DNA of 64,000 bases from Lachnospiraceae bacterium (GTDB taxonomy: Bacteria; Bacillota; Clostridia; Lachnospirales; Lachnospiraceae): contig JAFQLB010000057.1 in assembly GCA_017396675.1 (NCBI GenBank), forward strand, positions 6,771 to 70,770. Reading direction: 5' to 3'. A program made the position numbers and the translations under genes. Of this stretch, positions 40,090 to 48,642 are shown in pieces (position 1 is the first letter of the stretch; each line of letters begins with the position of its first letter). A model generated the notes under the pieces. The model saw only the letters and a list, made by a program, of their open reading frames with translations, was not told the origin of the DNA and searched no databases.

Positions 40090-40153
40090 ATCCCCTGCAG
40101 AGAAAATGTGAGATATGTGTATGATCTCGCATCTCTTTGCAGGGGATTTTTTT
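40090..40153. terminator. Bidirectional terminator between convergent cheR and mgtC
   Basis: The long hairpin ATCCCCTGCAGAG ... CTCTTTGCAGGGGAT is followed by TTTTTT. Confidence 0.75.
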
Positions 40154-40160
40154 AATCCGG

Positions 40161-40862
40161 CTAATCCAGCTCTTCCACATATCGGAACCCTTCCAGATTT
40201 CGGATATTTTCCAGCAGTGTTTTGTGCAGCTTGCGTTTGCCCTGATCCAGCTCCAGCATGGCGCAGACATCAGAATCATACCATTTGTTTTCCGATTGTC
40301 TCTGGAAGGACAGAACTCTGATATGATGGGTGGAGAGGTACTGTTCCAGTCGCAGCATAAATTCCTCGTCGATTCCCTCTACATAGATCTTGATCTGACG
40401 GGAACGTTCGGAAATGAACCTGTCAATATATCGGAAACCGACAGAGGAAATGCACACGATAGCCAGTCCGATCAGTCCGCCCGCATAGAATCCGGAACCG
40501 ATGGCGATCCCGAGTGCTGCGGTTACCCAGAGTGAGGCGGCGGTGGTCAGTCCCATCACTTGTTTGTGACCTGTCACCATAATGGAACCCGCCCCGAGAA
40601 AACCGATACCGCTGATCACTTGGGCGGCCATCCGGGTAATGTCTCCTTCTCCGGGGGAGACGTAAGTATATATGTAGTCATTGGTGATCATGACCAGAGC
40701 GGCACCCACACAGACGAGAGAGAAAGTTTTCAGTCCCGCCGGTCTTCCGCGCAGCTCGCGCTCCAGTCCGATCACGCCGCCGCATACGGAAGCCAGAAGT
40801 AGCTTACACAGAGCAGTGAGTTCAAAGTCGGATATTCCCAGTGCGAATAAATCATTCATCAT
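40161..40862 (-). CDS. mgtC: MgtC/SapB family membrane protein
   Basis: The N-terminal MgtC domain (LLLASVCGGVIGLERELRGRPAGLKT) is followed by a soluble ACT-like C-terminal domain. Confidence 0.85.
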   Translation of the reverse strand: MMNDLFALGISDFELTALCKLLLASVCGGVIGLERELRGRPAGLKTFSLVCVGAALVMITNDYIYTYVSPGEGDITRMAAQVISGIGFLGAGSIMVTGHKQVMGLTTAASLWVTAALGIAIGSGFYAGGLIGLAIVCISSVGFRYIDRFISERSRQIKIYVEGIDEEFMLRLEQYLSTHHIRVLSFQRQSENKWYDSDVCAMLELDQGKRKLHKTLLENIRNLEGFRYVEELD

Positions 40863-40966
40863 AGTGTTCTAAAAGCTCCCTTTTTTGATAAAAATAGTAT
40901 AGCATCTTTCCATGAAAAGAACAGTGATTATGTGATAAAAAAATAATAAAAAAGGTAAAAAAACAG

Positions 40967-40984
40967 TTGTTAATTCTTTAACAA
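40967..40984. promoter_or_regulatory. Putative Rex (NADH/NAD+ sensing repressor) operator
   Basis: TTGTTAATTCTTTAACAA is a perfect 7-4-7 inverted repeat, TTGTTAA-N4-TTAACAA. As I recall, this is the Clostridia variant of the Rex box TTGTGAA-N4-TTCACAA. It covers the -35 element. Confidence 0.6.
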
Positions 40985-40995
40985 TATGATAAAAT
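40967..40995 (+). promoter_or_regulatory. Putative promoter of the mdh-hdr-flx-frd-fum operon
   Basis: TTGTTA (40967-40972), a 17-nt spacer, then TGA-TAAAAT (extended -10, 40990-40995), 43 nt upstream of ATG 41038. Confidence 0.55.
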
Positions 40996-41037
40996 ACAAA
41001 AGAATGAGAGTAAGAAAAAAATAAGTGAGGTAACACC

Positions 41038-42051
41038 ATGAATCAGAAAACCACAAACAAAATCGTTGTCGTAGGCGCAGGAAAGGTAGGGGAGGCCATT
41101 TGCTACACATTGATGTTAAAAATACAGGTCAGCGAGATCGTCATCATCGATGTGGATGAGGAGAGGGCGGAGGGCGCCGCTATGGATATCTCCCACGGTA
41201 CTGCCTATTACAGCCAGGTTAGGATCCGCCAGGGCGGATATGAGGAGTGCGCCGACGCAGCAGCGATTATAGTTACGGCGGGAATTCCCAGAAAACCGGG
41301 TCAGACAAGACTGGATCTGGCCAAGGTAAATACTTCCGTGGCAAAGAGCGTAGCAAGAAACATTATGCAGTATGCCGAGAATCCGCTGATCATCGTGGTG
41401 GCCAATCCGGTAGATGTGAATACATATTTGATCCGTAAGGAGACGGGACTGCCGGCGGGACGCGTCATCGGAACGGGAACCTCTCTGGATACCGCCCGTT
41501 TTCGCTTCCTGATCAGTGAGCTTTGTCATGTGGATGTACGGGATGTCCAAGGGTACATACTGGGAGAGCACGGAGATGCACAGGTGCCCATCTGGAGCGG
41601 TGTGAATGTTGCGGGAGAACCCATTGAGAACTTCCTTCCCATGGCACCCGATCATTGGGAAAAGATAAAAAGTGAAATTGCTGACAAGGCCAAGTCCGGC
41701 GGTGCCGATGTTATTTCCTTGAAGGGAGCCACCTTTGAGGGTATTGCAATGGCTACACTGCGCATCATAGAAGCGATTATCAAGGATCAGAACACGGTGC
41801 TTCCCGTAGCCCATGTACTGGGAGAGGAATACGGGGAGATGGCAGATTCCTGCATCAGTCTGCCATGTGTGATCAACAGCGAGGGAATTTCCAGGGCTCT
41901 GCAGCTGACCATGTCGAAATATGAGGAGCAGCAGATGATCCAATCTGCTCTTACTTTGAAGAGGTTTATCCGGAGTGTCTGCGGAGAGGATGAGGGCAGC
42001 GGAGAGAAGAAGACGAAGGAAACAAAGGAAACAAAAGAAACAAAAAAGTAA
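41038..42051 (+). CDS. mdh: LDH-family 2-hydroxyacid dehydrogenase with MDH-type Arg at the substrate-discriminating position (probable malate dehydrogenase)
   Basis: Contains VVVGAGKVG, LDTARFRF and GEHGD. The loop reads AGIPRKPGQTRLDL, with Arg (codon 41290-41292) where lactate dehydrogenases have Gln. There is a C-terminal KETKETKETKK tail. Confidence 0.8.
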   Translation: MNQKTTNKIVVVGAGKVGEAICYTLMLKIQVSEIVIIDVDEERAEGAAMDISHGTAYYSQVRIRQGGYEECADAAAIIVTAGIPRKPGQTRLDLAKVNTSVAKSVARNIMQYAENPLIIVVANPVDVNTYLIRKETGLPAGRVIGTGTSLDTARFRFLISELCHVDVRDVQGYILGEHGDAQVPIWSGVNVAGEPIENFLPMAPDHWEKIKSEIADKAKSGGADVISLKGATFEGIAMATLRIIEAIIKDQNTVLPVAHVLGEEYGEMADSCISLPCVINSEGISRALQLTMSKYEEQQMIQSALTLKRFIRSVCGEDEGSGEKKTKETKETKETKK

Positions 42052-42109
42052 GCTCTACAAATTAAGCATAGGATAAAAACAAAAGCATAGGAAAGAAGGA
42101 GGAAGACAA

Positions 42110-42898
42110 ATGGTGTATAGTTACTATCCGGGATGTACCTTAAAGAATAAGGCACAGGATCTGGACAAGTATGCCAGAATGTCGGCTGAGGCTCTGGGAT
42201 TTACCCTGGAGGAGATTCAGGAGTGGCAATGCTGCGGCGCCGTGTATCCCATGGCGACGGACGAGATTGCCACCAAGCTCTCCGCAGTACGGGCCTTAAA
42301 CGACGCAAAGGAGAAGGGGCAGGATCTTGTGACACTTTGCTCTGCCTGTCATCATGTGATCAAACGTGTCAATGATGATATGCAAAACGTGGAGGACATC
42401 CGGACCAGGGCAAACAACTACATGGAATTGAAGGAGCCCTACAGCGGAGAAACGAAAGTACTGCATTTTCTGGAGGTGATCAGAGACCGGATCGGTTTTG
42501 ACGCGCTGAAGGAGAAGGTGGTGAAGCCGTTAACGGGAAGAAAGATTGGTGCGTATTACGGCTGTATGCTGCTCCGCCCCGGCAATATCATGGCTTTTGA
42601 TGATCCGGAAAACCCCACCATCATGGAGGATTTCATCAGTGCTCTGGGAGCGGAAGCCGTAGTGTATCCGTACCGCAACGAATGCTGCGGAGGTTATATC
42701 TCCCTGAAGGATAAGGAACTGCCGGGCAAACTGGTAGACCAGGTGATGGCCTCCGCCGCTTATAAGGGTGCAGAGGAATTGATCACCGCCTGTCCTCTCT
42801 GTCTCTACAATCTGAAGCACAGCGGCAGCGGAAAGAAGCTGACGGTCTCCTATATCACGGAGCTGTTGGCAGAAGCACTGGGAGTAAAGGAAGAATAG
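42110..42898 (+). CDS. hdrB: HdrB-like protein with two CCG domains
   Basis: Two complete C...CCG...CxxC motifs are present: C9/C41-C42-G43/C77xxC80, and GC...CCGG...CPLC. Confidence 0.85.
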   Translation: MVYSYYPGCTLKNKAQDLDKYARMSAEALGFTLEEIQEWQCCGAVYPMATDEIATKLSAVRALNDAKEKGQDLVTLCSACHHVIKRVNDDMQNVEDIRTRANNYMELKEPYSGETKVLHFLEVIRDRIGFDALKEKVVKPLTGRKIGAYYGCMLLRPGNIMAFDDPENPTIMEDFISALGAEAVVYPYRNECCGGYISLKDKELPGKLVDQVMASAAYKGAEELITACPLCLYNLKHSGSGKKLTVSYITELLAEALGVKEE

Positions 42899-42909
42899 GG
42901 GGTAGAAGC

Positions 42910-43302
42910 GTGCATAAAACAGAAAAAGATAAGGCTATACTGCTGAGAGAAATGAGCGGTGCCAATGTGGACAAATGTATGAAATGCGGAAAGTGTTCCG
43001 CCTCCTGCCCGTCTTATGACGAAATGGACATCCGGCCCCATCAGTTCGTCTCCTACGTACAGAATGAGGATGTAGAGGCACTGCTGGAATCGAAAAGTCT
43101 CTGGAAATGTCTTTCCTGCTTTGCATGTGTGGAACGCTGTCCCAGAGATGTAAAGCCCGCCATGATCATTGAAGCGGTTCGCCAGATGGTGGTTCGTCAG
43201 AGAGGCGGCAACTATCTGTTGCCCGATGAAGTGCCGGAGCTTTTGGACGAAGAGCTGCCTCAGCAGCTTTTGGCAAGTGCATTCAGGAAGTACAGTAAAT
43301 AG
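42910..43302 (+). CDS. hdrC: HdrC-like 2x[4Fe-4S] ferredoxin subunit
   Basis: CMKCGKCSASCP and CLSCFACVERCP are present. The GTG start is tentative; an internal ATG at 42952 is possible. Confidence 0.8.
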   Translation: MHKTEKDKAILLREMSGANVDKCMKCGKCSASCPSYDEMDIRPHQFVSYVQNEDVEALLESKSLWKCLSCFACVERCPRDVKPAMIIEAVRQMVVRQRGGNYLLPDEVPELLDEELPQQLLASAFRKYSK

Positions 43303-43310
43303 GAGAAAGG

Positions 43311-45311
43311 TTGGAGGTGAATCAAGTGCAAAGAATCGGTGTATTTGTCTGCCATTGCGGAACAAATATCGCGGCCACGGTGGATATCAAGCGGGTATTG
43401 GAAGCGGCAGCGAAGGAGCCCGGCGTCGTTCATGCGGAAGACTATCAGTACATGTGTTCCGAAGCCGGCCAGCAGAAGGTTCGCGAGGCGATCAAAGAAA
43501 AGCAGCTTACGGGAGTCGTGGTTTGTTCCTGTTCTCCCCGTATGCATGAGAATACGTTCCGGGGAGCTGCCCAGAAGGCAGGACTCAATCCTTACATGGT
43601 TGAGATTGCCAATATTCGGGAGCATGTATCATGGATTCATAAGAATATAGAAGAAGGAACGGAAAAGGCCATCATCCTGACAAGAGCAGCCATTGCCAAG
43701 GTCATGCTGAATGCACCGCTGCAGGCAGGTCAAAGCAAGGTTGTAAAACGGGCATTGGTGATCGGCGGAGGTATTGCCGGTATTCAGACGGCACTGGATA
43801 TAGCAGATGCGGGATACGAGGTGGATATCGTGGAGAAAACACCCAGTATCGGAGGCAGAATGTCTCAGCTGGATAAAACATTCCCTACGCTGGACTGCTC
43901 AGCCTGTATTCTGACACCTAAAATGGTGGATGCGGCTGCCCATGAAAAGATCACCATCTACACCTACAGCGAGGTGGAGAAGGTTTCCGGCTTTGTGGGA
44001 GATTTCCAGGTGGATATCCGCAAAAAGGCACGCAGCGTGGATATGAGCAAGTGTACCGGCTGCGGTGTTTGTCAGGAAAAGTGTCCTTCCAAAAAGATAC
44101 CCAATGAATTCAACAGGGAGCTTGACAATCGGGCGGCCATCTATACGCCCTTCGCTCAGGCCATTCCCAATGTTCCCGTCATCGACCGGGAGAACTGTAT
44201 CAAGTTCAAGACGGGGAAATGCGGCGTCTGCTCCAAGGTGTGTCTGGCAGGAGCCGTAGATTACGAACAGCAGGATGAGATCGTCAGTCAGAACTACGGA
44301 GCCATTGTAGTGGCCACAGGTTTTGATACCATCAAGCTGGATAAGTATGAAGAGTATTCCTATCAATCGTGTCCCGACGTAATCACCTCTCTGGAGCTGG
44401 AACGTATCATGAATGCTGCCGGTCCTACCAAAGGACATCTGGAGCGTCTTTCAGACGGAAAAGCGCCCAAATCCATGGTATTCATTCAGTGTGTGGGCTC
44501 CAGGTGCGCGGATGAGAGAGGCAAGAGCTACTGCTCCAAGATCTGTTGTATGTATACGGCCAAGCATGCCATGCTGATCCGGGATAAGTATCCCGATGTG
44601 GATGTGACCGTTTTTTATATCGATGTACGGACACCGGGAAAGAACTTTGATGAATTTTACCGCCGGGCAGTGGAAGAATACGGCGTCCACTATATCAAGG
44701 GTCAGGTAGGTAAGGTGGCGGAACATAACGGCAGACTGCTTGTGCAGGGAGCCGATCTGATCGACAACAGACGTATCCTGATGGAAACGGATATGGTAGT
44801 TCTGGCAACCGCCATTGAACCCAATCCGGATGTGAGAAAGATCGCAACGATGCTGACAGCCAGTATCGATACGAACAACTTCCTGACGGAATCCCATGCC
44901 AAGCTGCGTCCCGTAGAGTCGCCTACCGCAGGAATCTTCCTCTCCGGTGTCTGTCAGGGACCCAAGGATATTCCGGAGACGGTGGCCCAGGCAGGTGCGG
45001 CTGCCATCAAGGTAGTGGGTCTTTTGGCCAAGGATTATCTGGTGACCAACCCTTGCGTGGCCAAGTCCGACGAGCTGTACTGCAACGGATGCTCGGCTTG
45101 CGAGAAGGTATGTCCCTACGGTGCCATTTCCTATGAGGACAGAGAGGTAAATGATCATGGAATCCGTGAAGTCAGAAGAGTGGCAAGCGTAAACAGCGCC
45201 CTCTGTCAGGGGTGCGGCGCCTGTACCGTGGCCTGTCCTTCGGGAGCCATGGACTTGCAGGGCTTTTCAAACAGACAAATTCTTGCGGAGGTGGATGCGA
45301 TATGCAGGTAG
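43311..45311 (+). CDS. hdrA: HdrA-like FAD/Fe-S flavoprotein (candidate bifurcating subunit)
   Basis: Contains N-terminal IGVFVCHCG, the FAD fold ALVIGGGIAGIQTALDIADAGYEV, the inserted ferredoxin CTGCGVCQEKCP / CGVCSKVC, and the C-terminal CNGCSACEKVCP / CQGCGACTVACP. The real start may be GTG 43326, which follows GGAGGTG. Confidence 0.88.
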   Translation: MEVNQVQRIGVFVCHCGTNIAATVDIKRVLEAAAKEPGVVHAEDYQYMCSEAGQQKVREAIKEKQLTGVVVCSCSPRMHENTFRGAAQKAGLNPYMVEIANIREHVSWIHKNIEEGTEKAIILTRAAIAKVMLNAPLQAGQSKVVKRALVIGGGIAGIQTALDIADAGYEVDIVEKTPSIGGRMSQLDKTFPTLDCSACILTPKMVDAAAHEKITIYTYSEVEKVSGFVGDFQVDIRKKARSVDMSKCTGCGVCQEKCPSKKIPNEFNRELDNRAAIYTPFAQAIPNVPVIDRENCIKFKTGKCGVCSKVCLAGAVDYEQQDEIVSQNYGAIVVATGFDTIKLDKYEEYSYQSCPDVITSLELERIMNAAGPTKGHLERLSDGKAPKSMVFIQCVGSRCADERGKSYCSKICCMYTAKHAMLIRDKYPDVDVTVFYIDVRTPGKNFDEFYRRAVEEYGVHYIKGQVGKVAEHNGRLLVQGADLIDNRRILMETDMVVLATAIEPNPDVRKIATMLTASIDTNNFLTESHAKLRPVESPTAGIFLSGVCQGPKDIPETVAQAGAAAIKVVGLLAKDYLVTNPCVAKSDELYCNGCSACEKVCPYGAISYEDREVNDHGIREVRRVASVNSALCQGCGACTVACPSGAMDLQGFSNRQILAEVDAICR

Positions 45312-45748
45312 AGAACAAAAAGGAATTTCAACCGAAAATCGTGGCATTCTGCTGTAATTGGTGCAGCTATGCGGGCGCAGACCTGGCCGGAAGCAGCCGT
45401 CTTGCCTATCCGGCCGACGTTAAGATCATTCGCGTTCCCTGTTCCTGCCGCGTAAACCCCATGTTTATTCTGCGGGCGTTTCAGCGGGGAGCCGACGGAG
45501 TCATAATGTGCGGCTGTCATCCGGGGGACTGCCACTATACAACGGGTAATTATTATGCCAGAAGAAGAATGACCCTTCTTTTCTCCATGCTGGACTATCT
45601 GGGAGTGGAGCACGGACGCACCCGCGTGGAATGGGTGTCCGCAGCAGAGGGCGTCAAATTTTCCACGGTCATGAATGAGTTTGTGGAAAAAATATATTCT
45701 CTGGGTGAAAACGTAAGATTGGAGGACTTAAGATGCAAAGAGAGCTGA
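45302..45748 (+). CDS. MvhD/FlxD-like [2Fe-2S] protein
   Basis: IVAFCCNWCSYAGADLAG, RVPCSCRV and MCGCHPGDCHY are typical of the methyl-viologen-reducing hydrogenase delta subunit family. It overlaps hdrA by 10 nt. Confidence 0.85.
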   Translation: MQVENKKEFQPKIVAFCCNWCSYAGADLAGSSRLAYPADVKIIRVPCSCRVNPMFILRAFQRGADGVIMCGCHPGDCHYTTGNYYARRRMTLLFSMLDYLGVEHGRTRVEWVSAAEGVKFSTVMNEFVEKIYSLGENVRLEDLRCKES

Positions 45749-46713
45749 TGAACCGAGCAAAAGAACTCCTGATCGACGAAACCGTGGTACGCGTTCTTGG
45801 CTGGAAAAAAGGAGATCTGGGTTACAACCACGAACCGGCCTATTTTGACAGCCCGGAGGAACTGGAAGAGAATTTTGTATACGATGCGTTTTGCGGAGCC
45901 AATTTGAGCAAATATATGATCGAAGCGGGAAAGCAGGAGGGAAAGACGCTGGTCTTTTTAAAGCCCTGTGATACATACAGCTTTAATCAATTGCTGAAGG
46001 AGCACCGGATCAAGCGGGAAAACACATATATCATCGGTGTGGGATGTCGGGGCAATCTGGACATTGATAAGATCAAGGCTGCCGGCATCAAGGGAATCGA
46101 GAGTGTGGATGCGGACGGAGATATGCTGAAGGTAAAAACCGTTTACGGTGAAAAAGAGATGCCTTTCGAAGAGGCGCTTCTGGAACGGTGTCTTGCCTGC
46201 AAGGGAAAAACCCACATGGTATATGATGAGCTGATAGGAGCCGGGGAGAAGGAAGAGGCGGGACCGAAAGGAAACCGTTTTGACAGAGTAAGTGAGCTGG
46301 AAAGTCTGTCTCCGGAGGAGAGGTTTGCCTTTTGGCGCAGTGAACTGTCAAAATGTATCCGATGTAATGCCTGCCGCAATGCCTGTCCGGCCTGCAGCTG
46401 TCTGAAATGTGTATTTGACAGCAATCAGTTCGATTCCAATCAAAAGGCAAATGCGGATACCTTTGAAGAGCAGATGTTTCATATTATCCGTGCCTTCCAT
46501 GTGGCAGGACGCTGTACCGACTGCGGTGAATGCAGCCGTGTCTGTCCTCAGGGGATCCCGCTGCATCTTTTGAACCGTAAATTTATAAAGGATATTAATA
46601 CCCTGTACGGAGAATATCAGGCCGGTGAGGATACCGACAGCCTTGCTCCTTTGACAAATTATACCTTTGAGGATGCGGAGCCGGGGATCGTGGCAGAAAG
46701 GGGGCGGAAATGA
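45733..46713 (+). CDS. Fe-S protein, FlxC-like (2x[4Fe-4S] motifs)
   Basis: Contains CIRCNACRNACPAC and CTDCGECSRVCP. It overlaps the upstream gene by 16 nt. The family assignment is tentative. Confidence 0.6.
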   Translation: MQRELMNRAKELLIDETVVRVLGWKKGDLGYNHEPAYFDSPEELEENFVYDAFCGANLSKYMIEAGKQEGKTLVFLKPCDTYSFNQLLKEHRIKRENTYIIGVGCRGNLDIDKIKAAGIKGIESVDADGDMLKVKTVYGEKEMPFEEALLERCLACKGKTHMVYDELIGAGEKEEAGPKGNRFDRVSELESLSPEERFAFWRSELSKCIRCNACRNACPACSCLKCVFDSNQFDSNQKANADTFEEQMFHIIRAFHVAGRCTDCGECSRVCPQGIPLHLLNRKFIKDINTLYGEYQAGEDTDSLAPLTNYTFEDAEPGIVAERGRK

Positions 46714-47735
46714 TGTATAAGATCGATCAGGCAAGGTTAGGAGAGCTGTTTGCGGCAATTGCCGAAAAGAAAGACCTGTTTCTGCCCGTAAAAAAAGCAG
46801 ATCAGACGGATTTTGCCCTCTGGACAAAAGAGGCGGAAGTGGATCTGGATACCTTAAGAACCGTTAAATCACCAAAGGACTGCTTCTTCCCCCAGAGTGA
46901 AACCCTGTATAACACTTCATTGGAAGAAGGAAAGCTGTCCATCGACGCCGCTGCCCTTTGCGACCGTGACTTTGTGGTATTTGGGATGAGAGCCTGTGAC
47001 GTGCAGGCTGTCAAGGTATTGGACAATGTTTTTCTGGCAGATCCGGTGGACACTTATTATGCCGCCAGAAGAGAGCATGCGGTTCTGGTGGCCGGTGCCT
47101 GTCATGAACCGGAGGAGACCTGCTTCTGTAAGGTGTTCGGCATTGATGCTGCTGCACCGGCTGCGGACGTAGCAACCTGGAGGGTTGGAGAGGCGCTCTA
47201 CTGGAAAGCGCTGACCAAGAAGGGGGAGGCACTTTCGGAGGTCGTGAAGGAGCACCTGACACCAGCAGAAGAGAGTGCAGTGGAAGAAGCCCAGACACAG
47301 ATCAGAAGCATCATAGACAAGCTGCCCTATTCTCACCTGAAGCTGGATGTCTTTAAGGAAACACCTATGATGGAGCTGTTTGACTCTGATCGGTGGGAAG
47401 AGATGTATAAGCCCTGTCTGGCCTGCGGCACCTGTACCTTCGTATGTCCTACGTGCCAGTGCTACGATATCCGGGACTTCAAGACGAAGGACGGTGTACA
47501 GCGTTACCGCTGCTGGGATTCCTGTATGTATTCCGATTTTACGATGATGGCTCACGGAAACATGCGTACCAGCCAGATGCAGAGATTCCGCCAGCGTTTT
47601 ATGCATAAGCTTGTGTATTATCCGGACAATTATGAGGGAATGTTTTCCTGTGTGGGCTGCGGCCGTTGTGTCAGCAAGTGCCCGGCGGCACTGAATATTG
47701 TAAAAGTGATCAAAACAATGGGAGGTGAAGGATAA
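46710..47735 (+). CDS. AsrA / sulfhydrogenase-beta (HydB) / FlxB-like Fe-S protein
   Basis: Contains FGMRACD, ETCFCKVFG, CLACGTCTFVCPTCQCYD and CVGCGRCVSKCP, the architecture typical of the AsrA/HydB family. ATGA-type overlap with the neighbouring gene. Confidence 0.7.
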   Translation: MMYKIDQARLGELFAAIAEKKDLFLPVKKADQTDFALWTKEAEVDLDTLRTVKSPKDCFFPQSETLYNTSLEEGKLSIDAAALCDRDFVVFGMRACDVQAVKVLDNVFLADPVDTYYAARREHAVLVAGACHEPEETCFCKVFGIDAAAPAADVATWRVGEALYWKALTKKGEALSEVVKEHLTPAEESAVEEAQTQIRSIIDKLPYSHLKLDVFKETPMMELFDSDRWEEMYKPCLACGTCTFVCPTCQCYDIRDFKTKDGVQRYRCWDSCMYSDFTMMAHGNMRTSQMQRFRQRFMHKLVYYPDNYEGMFSCVGCGRCVSKCPAALNIVKVIKTMGGEG

Positions 47736-48598
47736 TGGGTGAATGTACCTGCGCAACCGGAACAGGGAATAAAAAACAGGATATACTGATCCCGATGATC
47801 GGTGTGATTACGGATATCCGCACGGAAACGCCGGATGTAAAAACCTTTCGCGTGGTGGGCCGTGACGGAAAAAAGCTGTTTGAGCATATGCCGGGACAGT
47901 GTGCTATGGTTTCCGTACCGGGGGTGGGAGAGGCCATGTTTTCCATCACTTCCTCACCTACCAATACCCAGTTCCAGGAATTCAGCATCAAACGCTGTGG
48001 TGTGCTGACGGATTGCCTTCACGGAATGAGCCCGGGAGACGAGGTGACCGTAAGAGGACCCTACGGAAATGCATTTCCGGTGGAGACAGCTCTGAAAGGA
48101 GAAAATCTTCTGTTCATTGCAGGTGGTATCGGACTTGCACCTTTGCGCTCCGTGATCAATTATGTGCTGGATAAGCGTGAGAATTACGGTACCGTGGAAA
48201 TTCTTTACGGCTCCCGTTCCATGGAGGATCTGGTACAGCTGAAGGAAATTCAGGAAGTATGGTGTAAGACAGAAGGAGTGGATGTATATCTGACCATTGA
48301 CCGGGAACAGGAAGGCTGGAACGGTCATGTAGGCTTCGTTCCCTCTTACCTGAAGGAGATTGGATTTTCTACCAATAAGACAGTGCTGGTCTGCGGACCT
48401 CCGATCATGATCAAGTTTGTACTGTCGGGATTGATGGAAATGGGATTTAAAAGAGAACAGATCTATACGACCCTGGAACTTCGGATGAAATGCGGCATCG
48501 GAAAATGCGGACGGTGCAACATCGGCTCCAAATACGTATGTAAGGACGGTCCCGTATTCCGTTTTGATGAAATCGATGAGTTACCGCCTGAATACTAG
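47735..48598 (+). CDS. FAD/NAD(P)H-binding [2Fe-2S] oxidoreductase (PyrK/AsrB/HydG/FlxA-like)
   Basis: Contains the flavin-binding region AMFSITSSP, the nucleotide fold LLFIAGGIGLAPLRS, and the C-terminal cluster CGIGKCGRCNIG...VCKDGPVF. TAATG overlap with the upstream gene. Confidence 0.8.
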   Translation: MGECTCATGTGNKKQDILIPMIGVITDIRTETPDVKTFRVVGRDGKKLFEHMPGQCAMVSVPGVGEAMFSITSSPTNTQFQEFSIKRCGVLTDCLHGMSPGDEVTVRGPYGNAFPVETALKGENLLFIAGGIGLAPLRSVINYVLDKRENYGTVEILYGSRSMEDLVQLKEIQEVWCKTEGVDVYLTIDREQEGWNGHVGFVPSYLKEIGFSTNKTVLVCGPPIMIKFVLSGLMEMGFKREQIYTTLELRMKCGIGKCGRCNIGSKYVCKDGPVFRFDEIDELPPEY

Positions 48599-48642
48599 AA
48601 GCGGTGTACTGTGACAAATTAAGAAGGAAAGGAACAGTAAAA

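Noticed and set aside
42016-42042. 9-nt tandem repeats (AAGGAAACA x2, AAAGAAACA) at the 3' end of the mdh-like gene
   Set aside because: They simply encode the KETKETKET tail. This is probably slippage-derived low complexity, and I mention it under the MDH finding rather than as a separate element.
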